A stretch of DNA of 64,000 bases from Syntrophales bacterium (GTDB lineage Bacteria > Desulfobacterota > Syntrophia > Syntrophales > UBA8958): NCBI GenBank assembly GCA_026416455.1, contig JAOAFE010000004.1, positions 73,468 through 137,467 on the forward strand, read 5' to 3'. Within the stretch, counting starts at the first letter, position 1; every line of letters begins with the position of its first letter. Both the position numbers and the translations under genes were made by a program. Of this stretch, positions 9,319-18,540 are shown one piece after another. Under the pieces are notes generated by a model. It did not search any database. It saw nothing but the letters and a program-made list of their open reading frames with translations, and had not been told where the DNA came from.

Positions 9319-10629
9319 ATGGGCGAACAACATTACGATTTTACTATCAAGTCTTTGGGGGAGTGTACCATTCCTTCCCCGATTGTTACCAGCTATTTTA
9401 CGCCGGATGATAAACGTATCCTCTTCTTTAATGATCTTCACTCTTACCATCGTGACAGGATGGAGGGACTCGAGCCACTAACCTTAGAGTTAGCTGGACC
9501 GAGAGAGATGATCTTCTTCGATCCCGTCAAGACAAAAGCTGCCATTGTTACTTGTGGAGGCCTTTGCCCCGGAATAAACGATGTGATCAGAGCGATCGTC
9601 ATGGAGCTGTACTACCGATACGGGGTGCAGAATATAATCGGTATCCGGTACGGGTTCCAAGGTCTCATCCCACGCTTCCGACATGAGGTAATGGAACTGT
9701 CTCCCGAGGTGGTAGACGACATTCATACCCATGGCGGTAGCATTCTCTCTTCTTCCCGCGGGAATCAAGATATTGAAGAAATGGTAACGGTTTTGAAGAG
9801 AATGAACGTGGATATACTTTTTTGCATCGGTGGGGATGGCACCATGCGCGCCGCTGAAAGAATTGCAAACGAAATAGAAAAGCGGGGCTTATATATAAGC
9901 ATTGTGGGGATTCCCAAAACCATAGATAATGATTTGAATTTGATAGACAAAACTTTTGGTTTCGATACCGCCATTTCGGAAGCGGTAAAGGCAATCCAAT
10001 GCGCCCATGTTGAGGCTAAAGGGGCGCCTAACGGTATCGGTCTCGTCAAGCTAATGGGACGTAGATCTGGTCACATCGCCGTTCATGCCTCCCTCGCCCA
10101 AAATGATGCCAATTTTGTCTTGATTCCGGAGGTACCCTTCGATTTAGAGGGGGAGAAGGGGTTTCTCAAGGCCTTAGAGGAAAGACTGCGTAGAAGGGGT
10201 CACTGCGTCATTCTCGTCGCTGAGGGGGCTGGCCAGGATCTGGTCCCCTTTGATGGAGACGCGGTCGGTTATGATGCCTCGGGGAACATCAAGTTACGAG
10301 ATATAGGCGTATTTCTAAAAGACCGCATTGAAAGCCATTTCAAGAAAATAGGTATGGAGATCAATCTAAAATACATAGATCCCAGCTATATGATTCGCTC
10401 GGTCCCGGCTAATGCGAGTGATAGTATTTACTGCGCCGCCCTCGGTCAATACGCCGTCCATGCAGCTATGGCGGGAAAAACGGACATGCTAGTCGGTCTT
10501 TTCCGAGGGGAATACGTGCATATTCCCCTCAAATATGTAACCTCGGGAAAGCAGGTTGATCCGGGAGGAAATATCTGGATGCGGGTCTTGGAATCGACAG
10601 GGCAACCCGCATCCATGAAAAATAACTAA
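9319..10629 (+). CDS. pfk: 6-phosphofructokinase, long (about 436 aa) clade; phosphoryl donor not decidable from the motifs
   Basis: Motifs: GGLCPGINDVIR, GGDGT, PKTIDND, MGRRSGHIA. Confidence 0.85.
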   Translation: MGEQHYDFTIKSLGECTIPSPIVTSYFTPDDKRILFFNDLHSYHRDRMEGLEPLTLELAGPREMIFFDPVKTKAAIVTCGGLCPGINDVIRAIVMELYYRYGVQNIIGIRYGFQGLIPRFRHEVMELSPEVVDDIHTHGGSILSSSRGNQDIEEMVTVLKRMNVDILFCIGGDGTMRAAERIANEIEKRGLYISIVGIPKTIDNDLNLIDKTFGFDTAISEAVKAIQCAHVEAKGAPNGIGLVKLMGRRSGHIAVHASLAQNDANFVLIPEVPFDLEGEKGFLKALEERLRRRGHCVILVAEGAGQDLVPFDGDAVGYDASGNIKLRDIGVFLKDRIESHFKKIGMEINLKYIDPSYMIRSVPANASDSIYCAALGQYAVHAAMAGKTDMLVGLFRGEYVHIPLKYVTSGKQVDPGGNIWMRVLESTGQPASMKNN

Positions 10630-10633
10630 AAAA

Positions 10634-12307
10634 TCATGATTTTATGACCGCCCCTTCATCTGAGGCCGAAACGAGTCGGGCGTACAGGGCGAGGTAACCT
10701 GTGGGCAACTGTCGAGTGGGCGGTTGAAAATTTGCCCGCCTCCTCATAAGTTCTGCGTCCGTGAGTTCAACTTCCAGCTTTCTTTCCCCTACATCTATAT
10801 TGATCATATCACCATCTTCAACGAAGGCAATCGTGCCTCCGATGGCTGCTTCTGGTGATAGGTAGCCGATACAAGGGCCGTCACTATACCCGGAAAAACG
10901 ACCGTCCGTTACGAGATAGGTTGTCTCACCTAAACCGGCCAACTTCAAGGCAACACGAACCAGAGCCATCTCCCTCATTCCTGGCCCTCCGACAGGTCCT
11001 TCGTACCTGATAACTATAACATCCCCTGCCTTGATCGCGCCCGCCCCGATCCCCGCGAGGGCTTCTTCTTCGCCGTTGAAGATTTTAGCCGGTCCCCTAA
11101 AGCGCCAAAGATCCTCTTTGACCGCTACTTGCTTGATGACGGCCCCCCTTTCAGCTAAGTTTCCTTTCAAAACGGCAATACCACCGTAAGGATGAACGGG
11201 ATCTGAGAGGGGCCGAATAATCTCGGAGGAGAAAACAGCCGTCGCAGATAGATTTTCCCCTAATGTTTTCCCTGTTACGGTAAGTACTGACCTGTCCAAA
11301 AGACTTTCCATCGCCTTCATAACACCGGGGATACCGCCAGCGTCATCCAACTCGGTGACGGAAAAAGGTCCGGCGGGTTCGACATTAGCGAGGTGTGGAG
11401 TACTACGGGAGAGGCGATCAAAGTCTTCATAAGTTATTGAGAAACCTAACTCATGAGCTAACGCGGGCAGATGCAAGACCGTATTAAGAGAGCCACCAAT
11501 GGCGGCATTGACCTTCAGCGCATTTTCCAAAGCCGACTTCGTCATTATTTTTCTAGGCGTAATATCTCTTTCCAAAAGCTCCATCACCTTCTCTCCCGCC
11601 ATCTCTGCCAGTCTCATTTTTTTAGCCATGACACCAGGGGCCGTACCGTCTCCCGGCAGACTCATTCCTAAAGCCTCCGAGAGACAGGCCATCGTGTTAG
11701 CCGTTCCCATACCCCAACAAGCACCTGCACAGGGATAAAAAGAAGCCAAGGCTTCTTCCCTTATTTCTTCCGAATAAAGCTCAGTAAAAACCTTTTTCAT
11801 CATCTGACCGTAACGAGATACCGATGCCCTTATCCCTTGTCTAGCCCAGTATCCAGCCGGCATGGGACCTCCGGTTACGATGACGGACGGGATGTTTAGC
11901 CTGGCCGCCGCCATTAGTAAAGCGGGTATGATCTTATCGCAGGAACCGATGAAAACGGCGGCATCGTAACAATGGGCATTAATCACACATTCTATCGAAT
12001 AGGTTATTATCTCCCGGCTCGGCAGGGGATACTTCATCCCCGCATGTCCGTTAGCCAAACCGTCACATAGAGCGATGGTGCAAAATTCTGACGGCATCCC
12101 CCCGGCCGTTCTCACCCCCGCTTTCACCCGTTCGGCTATATGCCTCAAATGCTGGTGACCGGGATGCATCTCATTGAACGTATTTACCACCGCTACAAAA
12201 GGTCGCTTGATTTCACCATAATTCCAGCCACAGGCGTAAAGCATCGACCTTCTTACCATTGAAAGTACATCATGATCTGAAAATACATGACTTTTTGCCT
12301 TTTTCAT
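10634..12307 (-). CDS. ilvD: IlvD/Edd-family dehydratase (dihydroxy-acid dehydratase-like)
   Basis: 557 aa. Motifs: SCDKIIP, GGPM, TANTMACLSEALG, GGSLNTVLH, RYEGPVGGPGMREM, TDGRFSG, SPEAAIGG. It is read divergently from the IclR gene. Confidence 0.75.
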   Translation of the reverse strand: MKKAKSHVFSDHDVLSMVRRSMLYACGWNYGEIKRPFVAVVNTFNEMHPGHQHLRHIAERVKAGVRTAGGMPSEFCTIALCDGLANGHAGMKYPLPSREIITYSIECVINAHCYDAAVFIGSCDKIIPALLMAAARLNIPSVIVTGGPMPAGYWARQGIRASVSRYGQMMKKVFTELYSEEIREEALASFYPCAGACWGMGTANTMACLSEALGMSLPGDGTAPGVMAKKMRLAEMAGEKVMELLERDITPRKIMTKSALENALKVNAAIGGSLNTVLHLPALAHELGFSITYEDFDRLSRSTPHLANVEPAGPFSVTELDDAGGIPGVMKAMESLLDRSVLTVTGKTLGENLSATAVFSSEIIRPLSDPVHPYGGIAVLKGNLAERGAVIKQVAVKEDLWRFRGPAKIFNGEEEALAGIGAGAIKAGDVIVIRYEGPVGGPGMREMALVRVALKLAGLGETTYLVTDGRFSGYSDGPCIGYLSPEAAIGGTIAFVEDGDMINIDVGERKLEVELTDAELMRRRANFQPPTRQLPTGYLALYARLVSASDEGAVIKS

Positions 12308-12411
12308 GTTGTCCCTCCCCTTTTTTATTCTTTTTAACTTAAAATATTTTATTTGACAAAAAACTTTTTCAATATTATCGAACTAAGTAAATTAAATCAT
12401 GGGACAACAAC
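12308..12411. promoter_or_regulatory. AT-rich divergent promoter/operator region between the ilvD-like gene and the iclR operon
   Basis: 104 nt, very AT-rich. It contains TTGACA at 12353-12358 (+) with only imperfect -10 candidates (TATTAT with a 14-nt spacer, TATCGA with a 17-nt spacer). It is bounded by the inverted repeat GTTGTCCC (12308-12315) / GGGACAAC (12401-12408). Confidence 0.4.
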
Positions 12412-13176
12412 ATGATTCAATCTGTTACCCGGGCCTTGGAAATTCTCGAAATCTTTCAAAGCGGGGCAGAAAGCGTGGGTATCACAGAAGTTGCCAAACA
12501 TTTAGGAATTTCCAAAGCCGCCGCCTATGCTCTGGTTACGACGCTGGAGAAAAAAAACTTTCTCCAGCAAGACGAAAACTCTCGGAGATACAAACTCGGC
12601 TTTAAAGTCCTTCAGTTGGGTGCCCTGTTCACCAATCAGAGTGAACTAGGCCGAGCCGCCCAACCCTGGGCCGTAGCACTGTGTGACCGATACGGCGAAG
12701 TAGTTCACATATCTGTTTTGGCTAAAGATGCGGCTCTCATCGTCCATCGCTATGAACCGAAGGAACCATTTTTACTCTACCCGCAGCCCGGTTCGACCAT
12801 GCCTCTAAATTCTACAGCGGGAGGCAAGATTCTTCTCGCCTATGCCCCCGTTGAGGTGCAAGAAAAATATTTGAATCAAGCTCCTTTTCCCCAGAGAACT
12901 CCCAACACCATTGTTAAAAAAAACGACCTCCTAAAGGAAATAAAGAATATACTTAAACAAGATTATGCGGAAGATCGAGAGGAAACTATTGTTGGGGTAT
13001 CTTGCGTGGGGGCTCCGATCAGGGACAAATCCGGGCGGGTCATTGCCGCCATTAGTCTCACGGGTTCGCGAACAAGAATGGAGGAAAGGGGTTGGGAAGA
13101 AATAGTGAAATCCGTCAAAATGACGGCCTTACAAATTTCTTCCGCCCTAGGATATCGCATGGATATGGGTCGTTAA
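12412..13176 (+). CDS. IclR-family transcriptional regulator
   Basis: 254 aa with an N-terminal wHTH (RALEILEIF...GITEVAKHLGISKAAAYALVTTL) and a C-terminal IclR effector domain (GVSCVGAPIRD..GRVIAAISLTG). Confidence 0.9.
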   Translation: MIQSVTRALEILEIFQSGAESVGITEVAKHLGISKAAAYALVTTLEKKNFLQQDENSRRYKLGFKVLQLGALFTNQSELGRAAQPWAVALCDRYGEVVHISVLAKDAALIVHRYEPKEPFLLYPQPGSTMPLNSTAGGKILLAYAPVEVQEKYLNQAPFPQRTPNTIVKKNDLLKEIKNILKQDYAEDREETIVGVSCVGAPIRDKSGRVIAAISLTGSRTRMEERGWEEIVKSVKMTALQISSALGYRMDMGR

Positions 13177-13197
13177 AGATTAAAAGGAGGGGGGAAA

Positions 13198-14406
13198 ATG
13201 AAAAAAGGAGGGTATTTGTTTTTTCTTTTTCTAATGGGGGTGCTAATCGTCACGACGGGGACACACCTTAGGGCCGATGAGAATACTATTACCATCGGCT
13301 ACAGTGGTCCTCTCAGTGGTGGAGGTGCCAAGTTTGGGAAAAACCTCCAAATGGGGCTCCAGATGGCCGTTGACCAAGTAAACCAAATGGGCGGTCTGGA
13401 GGTGGCAGGTAAGAAGTACCAAGTGAGGCTGATAAGTTTGGACGATCAGTTTCAGACGGCCCTCACGGTAAGTAACGCGAAAAGACTGGTCCACAAGGAA
13501 GGGGCGAAGATGATCTTCAACCCTTCAAGTGGAGGCATCTTCGGTCTTATGGCCATCAATGAGAAAGAGAAATTTATTATCTGTGCCTACACCACCAATC
13601 AGGTTTGCGTTACTTCGGGCAACAAACTGATCTTTCGGGGGCCACCGGCCATGATGGCTTATGTCCAGGCGTGGGCGAACCGAGCGATGGATAAGTTCGG
13701 TTGGAAGAAGTGTGCCATGATGCCCGATGCTTACGATTACGGCAAGCTATGGAGTGGGCTTTTCGAGAAATACTGGCAGAAGAAAGGCGGTGTAATTACT
13801 ACCCATATTCCCGTTGATTTCATGAAGCTTTCTGATTACTATCCGCTGCTCACTAAAGCCCTAGCTACCAATCCCGATTGTATTCTCATCGGTTCCTCTT
13901 CCGAACCCAATGCCATGCAGGTCAAACAGGCCCGAGAGCTCGGGTTCAGGGGCGGTTTCATCGTCATCGAACGGGGTAAATTGGAAGAGATGCTTCAGTT
14001 TGTACCCGATCCAAACATGTTAAACGGTTCTATTGGCACCTGTCCTCTCATTTTTTATCCAAATCCATCGGCCAAAAAGTTTATCAAGAAATTTAAGGAG
14101 AAATACGGAGCCGATCAGGTACCCGTCCACGAATCTGCGATAGCCTATGCGAATATCATCTACTACCTAGCGGCAATAAAGCTTGCCGGCACTACAACCG
14201 ATGTGTACAAAATAATGGATGCCCTCAAGGACCCCCGTATCCAAAAGATGCCGCTCGTGAAGGAGAATGATCCCTACGAAAATGAAAAGATCTTCCCCAA
14301 TGGGGCAGTCAAAGGTCGGGTCTTAGGGGTGGAGTTCGTAAACGGCAAATTCTCCGATCCATTCCCCGTTCCCACCCCAGATTGGGTATATACGGAAAAA
14401 TATTGA
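13198..14406 (+). CDS. ABC transporter substrate-binding protein, LivK/PBP type-1 (HAAT) family; ligand unknown
   Basis: 402 aa with a signal peptide (LFFLFLMGVLIVTTGTHLRA). ITIGYSGPLSGGGAKFGKN is typical of Peripla_BP_6-type proteins. A strong RBS (AGGAGGGG) precedes the ATG. Confidence 0.85.
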   Translation: MKKGGYLFFLFLMGVLIVTTGTHLRADENTITIGYSGPLSGGGAKFGKNLQMGLQMAVDQVNQMGGLEVAGKKYQVRLISLDDQFQTALTVSNAKRLVHKEGAKMIFNPSSGGIFGLMAINEKEKFIICAYTTNQVCVTSGNKLIFRGPPAMMAYVQAWANRAMDKFGWKKCAMMPDAYDYGKLWSGLFEKYWQKKGGVITTHIPVDFMKLSDYYPLLTKALATNPDCILIGSSSEPNAMQVKQARELGFRGGFIVIERGKLEEMLQFVPDPNMLNGSIGTCPLIFYPNPSAKKFIKKFKEKYGADQVPVHESAIAYANIIYYLAAIKLAGTTTDVYKIMDALKDPRIQKMPLVKENDPYENEKIFPNGAVKGRVLGVEFVNGKFSDPFPVPTPDWVYTEKY

Positions 14407-14419
14407 AACAAATCAGAAC

Positions 14420-14451
14420 CCACCCATCCGGGATTTTTCCCGGATGGGTGG
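14420..14451 (+). promoter_or_regulatory. Intra-operon 14-bp GC-rich stem-loop between the binding-protein gene and the first permease gene
   Basis: CCACCCATCCGGGA tttt TCCCGGATGGGTGG. No U-tract follows; instead the GGGAGG RBS and GTG start of the permease gene come next. It is probably an mRNA-stability or decoupling element rather than a full terminator. Confidence 0.6.
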
Positions 14452-14465
14452 TGGGAGGTTGAATC

Positions 14466-15326
14466 GTGGGAATCCTTTTACAGACTTTAATCAACGGCAT
14501 CATGCTCGGCTCCGTATATGCTATGGTTGCCCTGGGCCTGACCCTCATTTACGGTATCCTCAATGTACCGAACTTTGTCCACGGCACCCTTTATATGATC
14601 GGCGCTTATATTGCCTATTTTGCCATCGTATCCTTCGGAGCACCTTACTGGGTCGGGCTCATCGTATCATTGATTATTCTCTTTGCTATTGGCATCTTGC
14701 TGGAGAGGATTGTATTCCGACCTTTTTACGATAAGCCTCTTATTAACTCCTTTATCGTAGCCGTTGGGCTCATTCTCGTTCTGGAGAATACAGCCCTCAG
14801 CCTCTGGGGACCGGAATTCAGACAGTTTGCCGCTCCGAGCGATAAAGTGATTAAGGTTATGGGTGTAATGATTACGGCGCAACGTATTATTGTCATCGTA
14901 ACGGCCGCCGTTCTTATATGGTTAGTTCACCTATTCATAAAAAAAACACGGTTGGGTTCGGCTATCGAGGCCACCTCCCAAAATCCCGATGGAGCACTCC
15001 TTATGGGTATAAACATAAGCCACATGCGGGGAATAACTTTCGGCATTGGTACGGCTCTGGCCGCGGTGGCAGCGGTATTAGTCGGCCCCATCCTCTTAAT
15101 CTATCCGGCGATGGGTCACACGGTAATAGGCATGGCCTTTGTCATCATTATAATTGGAGGCATGGGTAGTTTCATCGGAGCCGTTTTAGGCGGATATATA
15201 ATCGGTATCCTCGAAACATTAGTTACCTCTTATATAACTAACTTCTTTACCGAGGCCATTATCTTCGGCCTACTCGTGCTTCTACTCGCCGTAAGGCCGA
15301 CAGGGCTGTTCGGGAAGCCGCATTGA
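14466..15326 (+). CDS. livH: HAAT-family ABC permease, LivH-type
   Basis: 286 aa, polytopic, with a GTG start. LQTLINGIMLGSVYAMVALGLTLIYG is the typical LivH N-terminus. Confidence 0.88.
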   Translation: MGILLQTLINGIMLGSVYAMVALGLTLIYGILNVPNFVHGTLYMIGAYIAYFAIVSFGAPYWVGLIVSLIILFAIGILLERIVFRPFYDKPLINSFIVAVGLILVLENTALSLWGPEFRQFAAPSDKVIKVMGVMITAQRIIVIVTAAVLIWLVHLFIKKTRLGSAIEATSQNPDGALLMGINISHMRGITFGIGTALAAVAAVLVGPILLIYPAMGHTVIGMAFVIIIIGGMGSFIGAVLGGYIIGILETLVTSYITNFFTEAIIFGLLVLLLAVRPTGLFGKPH

Positions 15327-15338
15327 TAGGGGAACGCT

Positions 15339-16310
15339 ATGGATAAAAAAAGAAAAGCCCTTTGCCTTGGTGTTCTCATTCTCATTATCCTGATTATCCC
15401 CCTCTTTATAAAAGACGAATATTACCTGCACATCTTGGTGATGAGCGGAATTTGGATTATCTCGGCCCTCTCGCTTAACCTTATTCTCGGCTATGCAGGT
15501 CAATTAAACTTGGCTCAGGGTACATTTTTCGGTATCGGCGCCTATGCTACTGGACTGCTAATGCAGAAAATGGGCCTGTCTTTCTGGGCTGCCTTACCGC
15601 TAGGTTGTCTGCTTACGGCAACGATTGGCTTCGTAACTGGGCTCCCCACTTTGCGCACGAGGGGACATTACTTCCCCATCGCCACCATGTGCCTAGGAAT
15701 AGCCATATATTACGTAATCGCCCGATGGGATGACGTTACAGGCGGGGCTCGAGGGTTATTCGGACTGCCTAGGCCCGATCCGATAGTCATTCCTTTTTTA
15801 GGCACCATATCCTTTGAAAGTACGGCCAGCTGCTATTATCTTGTCTCTTTTCTCGTCTTCATTACGATCGTCGTGATACACCGTCTTATCACATCTCTAT
15901 CCGGCAAACGTCTAATAGCCATTCGAGGCAATGAAGATCTGGCCCAAGCCCTCGGTATAAATACCATGCGGGATAAGGTAATATGTTTTACTATTAGCAC
16001 CTTCTTTGCCGGATTAGCGGGGGGAGTATTCGCCTCCTATATGGGATCCCTTATGGCCGAAAATGCCCACTTCGTCACAAGCTTCGAGATGCTGCTCAAC
16101 GTTATGATCGGTGGTGTCGGTACTATTATCGGTCCTATCATTGGCGCCATTTTTCTGCCCTTGTTGTCGGAGGAATTGCATTTTCTCGGTGGATGGCGCC
16201 TCGTCGTTTATGGCCTCATCCTCATTCTGACCATTAGATTTCTGCCCTTTGGCATCGTAGGGGGCATTCGAACGGCTTTAGCAAAAAGACACGATAAAAG
16301 GGGTGTCTGA
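15339..16310 (+). CDS. livM: HAAT-family ABC permease, LivM-type
   Basis: 323 aa, polytopic. LNLILGYAGQLNLAQGTFFGIGAY is typical of LivM. Confidence 0.88.
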   Translation: MDKKRKALCLGVLILIILIIPLFIKDEYYLHILVMSGIWIISALSLNLILGYAGQLNLAQGTFFGIGAYATGLLMQKMGLSFWAALPLGCLLTATIGFVTGLPTLRTRGHYFPIATMCLGIAIYYVIARWDDVTGGARGLFGLPRPDPIVIPFLGTISFESTASCYYLVSFLVFITIVVIHRLITSLSGKRLIAIRGNEDLAQALGINTMRDKVICFTISTFFAGLAGGVFASYMGSLMAENAHFVTSFEMLLNVMIGGVGTIIGPIIGAIFLPLLSEELHFLGGWRLVVYGLILILTIRFLPFGIVGGIRTALAKRHDKRGV

Positions 16311-17089
16311 TGGATGAATATATCTTAGAAGTCAGAAATCTGACCAAATATTTCGGTGGCCTCAAGGCGATCGATAACGTGTCTTTTAAAATAAACCGGG
16401 GGGAAATTTATAGTATCATCGGCCCTAATGGTGCCGGAAAAACTACCCTATTTAACATGATTACCGGATTTATACCTCCGACAGAAGGTGAAATCTTCTT
16501 CCAAGGACAGAAAATAAATGGGTTGAAACCGTATCAAATCGCCCGTCTGGGTATCGGCCGGACGTTTCAACTGACAACCCTTTTTATGCAAAATACAGTA
16601 TTGGAAAATCTTCTCATAGGGCAAAAACAGACCCGGGAATTCCCTGTTTTTCATTCCATCATGAGTGTCAAAAGGAGACGTGTTAGCCAATCGGAAGCAG
16701 TGGAACGAGCCCATGCGGTAGCTGAGTTCATAGGGTTGGGGACTTTTAAAAACACCATGGCGGCAATCCTGCCCCACGGGGCCCAAAAACAACTCTCCAT
16801 AGGGCTTGCCCTCTCCGGCGATCCGGATCTCATTTTGCTTGACGAACCCCTTGGTGGGGTTGACATGGACGAAATTGACATGATCATCGAACTGATAAAA
16901 AAAATCAGAGATGAAGGAAAAACGATCTGCTTAATAGAACATAAGATGAGGGTGGTCATGAATATCTCTGACCGCATTCTTGCTCTAAGCTACGGTAAGA
17001 AGCTAGTAGAAGATTTGCCGGAAGTTGTTGCTTCTAATGAAGATGTCATTGCTTCGTATTTGGGGGATAGATATGCTGCTCGAGGTTAG
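16310..17089 (+). CDS. livG: HAAT-family ABC ATP-binding protein, LivG-type
   Basis: 259 aa. Walker A GPNGAGKTT, signature-like region, Walker B LILLDEP. TGATG overlap with livM. Confidence 0.9.
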   Translation: MDEYILEVRNLTKYFGGLKAIDNVSFKINRGEIYSIIGPNGAGKTTLFNMITGFIPPTEGEIFFQGQKINGLKPYQIARLGIGRTFQLTTLFMQNTVLENLLIGQKQTREFPVFHSIMSVKRRRVSQSEAVERAHAVAEFIGLGTFKNTMAAILPHGAQKQLSIGLALSGDPDLILLDEPLGGVDMDEIDMIIELIKKIRDEGKTICLIEHKMRVVMNISDRILALSYGKKLVEDLPEVVASNEDVIASYLGDRYAARG

Positions 17090-17783
17090 ACATCTAGATT
17101 GTTATTACGGCCAGTCACAGGCCTTAAAAGAAATTAACATCGAGGTCGAGGAAGGGGAATGCATCTGTATCCTGGGCGCTAATGGGGCCGGAAAGAGTAC
17201 CCTCCTCAAGACGATAGCAGGTCTGATGAAACCACGCCGCGGCGAGATTTGGTTTACAGGGAAGAGAATGGATGAACTTCCTGCTTACACCATAGTGAGG
17301 GAAGGCATAACCCTCTGTCCGGAAGATAAAAAGATATTTCCCCAGATGAGCGTCTATAAAAACTTATGTCTCGGTGCTTGGATTCACGGAAGAAAAGAGG
17401 AGAGGATAAAGGCCAATCTAGAACACGTATATGAGCTCTTTCCCATCTTGAAAGAAAGAAGCGATCAGGACGCAGGCACCCTAAGTGGCGGGGAACAACA
17501 AATGTTAGTCATTGGCAGAAGTCTTATGTCAAATCCTCGCTTGCTCATGCTCGATGAGCCTTCTCTCGGCCTGGCACCGATGGTGGTCAACAGTATCTTT
17601 GAGACAATAAAAGAGATCAACGCCCGAAAAACAACCGTTCTATTAGTCGAACAAAATGCCTCTATGGCTTTGAAAATCGCCACGAGAGGGTATGTTATAG
17701 AGTCGGGACGCATAACTATGGCGGGCACGGCAGAGGAGCTACTTAAAAACGAAAAGGTAAAAAAAGCCTATCTCGGTATTTGA
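17073..17783 (+). CDS. livF: HAAT-family ABC ATP-binding protein, LivF-type
   Basis: The ORF track starts at 17025. I prefer ATG 17073 (MLLEVRHLDCYYG...), which overlaps the livG end by 17 nt. Walker A GANGAGKST, signature LSGGEQQ, Walker B LLMLDEPS. Confidence 0.88.
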   Translation: MLLEVRHLDCYYGQSQALKEINIEVEEGECICILGANGAGKSTLLKTIAGLMKPRRGEIWFTGKRMDELPAYTIVREGITLCPEDKKIFPQMSVYKNLCLGAWIHGRKEERIKANLEHVYELFPILKERSDQDAGTLSGGEQQMLVIGRSLMSNPRLLMLDEPSLGLAPMVVNSIFETIKEINARKTTVLLVEQNASMALKIATRGYVIESGRITMAGTAEELLKNEKVKKAYLGI

Positions 17784-17804
17784 AGCGGCAAGACGGAGGA
17801 TATT

Positions 17805-18539
17805 ATGAGCAAAGTTTCTCTGTTCATCCCGTGTTTGGTCGACATGTTTGCACCTTCCATAGGAATGGCAACCGTTGCCATTTTAGAACGCTTAGGTGTT
17901 GAAACGGTTTATCACGATGAACAAACCTGTTGTGGTCAGCCCGCCCTAAATGCTGGATATGGTAACTATGCTTTAGAAGCGGCGCGCAGGTTTATCTCTA
18001 TTTTCGGTGACGATGAGGTTATCGTTTCGCCCGCAGGTTCTTGTGTTTATATGATAAAAAGATACTATCCCGAGCTTTTAGAGGATGATCCCCTTTACCC
18101 AATGGCGGTAGACCTTTCATCTCGGGTATATGAATTAAGTCAGTATCTCGTAGACGTGTTGGATATCACAGATGTCGGGGCCCAATATGAAGGTAAGGTC
18201 GCCTACCACGAATCCTGCCATATTTTGCGGGGACTAGGCATCTCCCGTCAGCCCAAAGTCCTGCTTTCTAAAGTGAAAGGAACCGAAATAGTCCCTCTCT
18301 TTGCCGCCGAGATGTGTTGTGGCTTTGGCGGAGAGTTCGCCGATCGTTACCACTACATCTCCGAAGAGATGGTCAAAGACAAGGTAAACAACTTCCAAGC
18401 GAGCGGTGCGGACGTGCTGATTACCTGTGAACCGGGATGTTATCTCAATTTAAACGGATTCCTCCACAGGCAACAGGAAAATAAGAAAGTACTCCACCTC
18501 GCCCAATTGTTGGCAGGTCCGGAATTTCAGGGGTTATGA
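17805..18539 (+). CDS. lutA: LutA (YkgE)-type Fe-S oxidoreductase with CCG domains
   Basis: 244 aa. VSLFIPCLVD...EQTCCGQP...ESCH...CCGFGG is the typical CCG-domain pattern. Confidence 0.88.
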   Translation: MSKVSLFIPCLVDMFAPSIGMATVAILERLGVETVYHDEQTCCGQPALNAGYGNYALEAARRFISIFGDDEVIVSPAGSCVYMIKRYYPELLEDDPLYPMAVDLSSRVYELSQYLVDVLDITDVGAQYEGKVAYHESCHILRGLGISRQPKVLLSKVKGTEIVPLFAAEMCCGFGGEFADRYHYISEEMVKDKVNNFQASGADVLITCEPGCYLNLNGFLHRQQENKKVLHLAQLLAGPEFQGL

Positions 18540-18540
18540 A

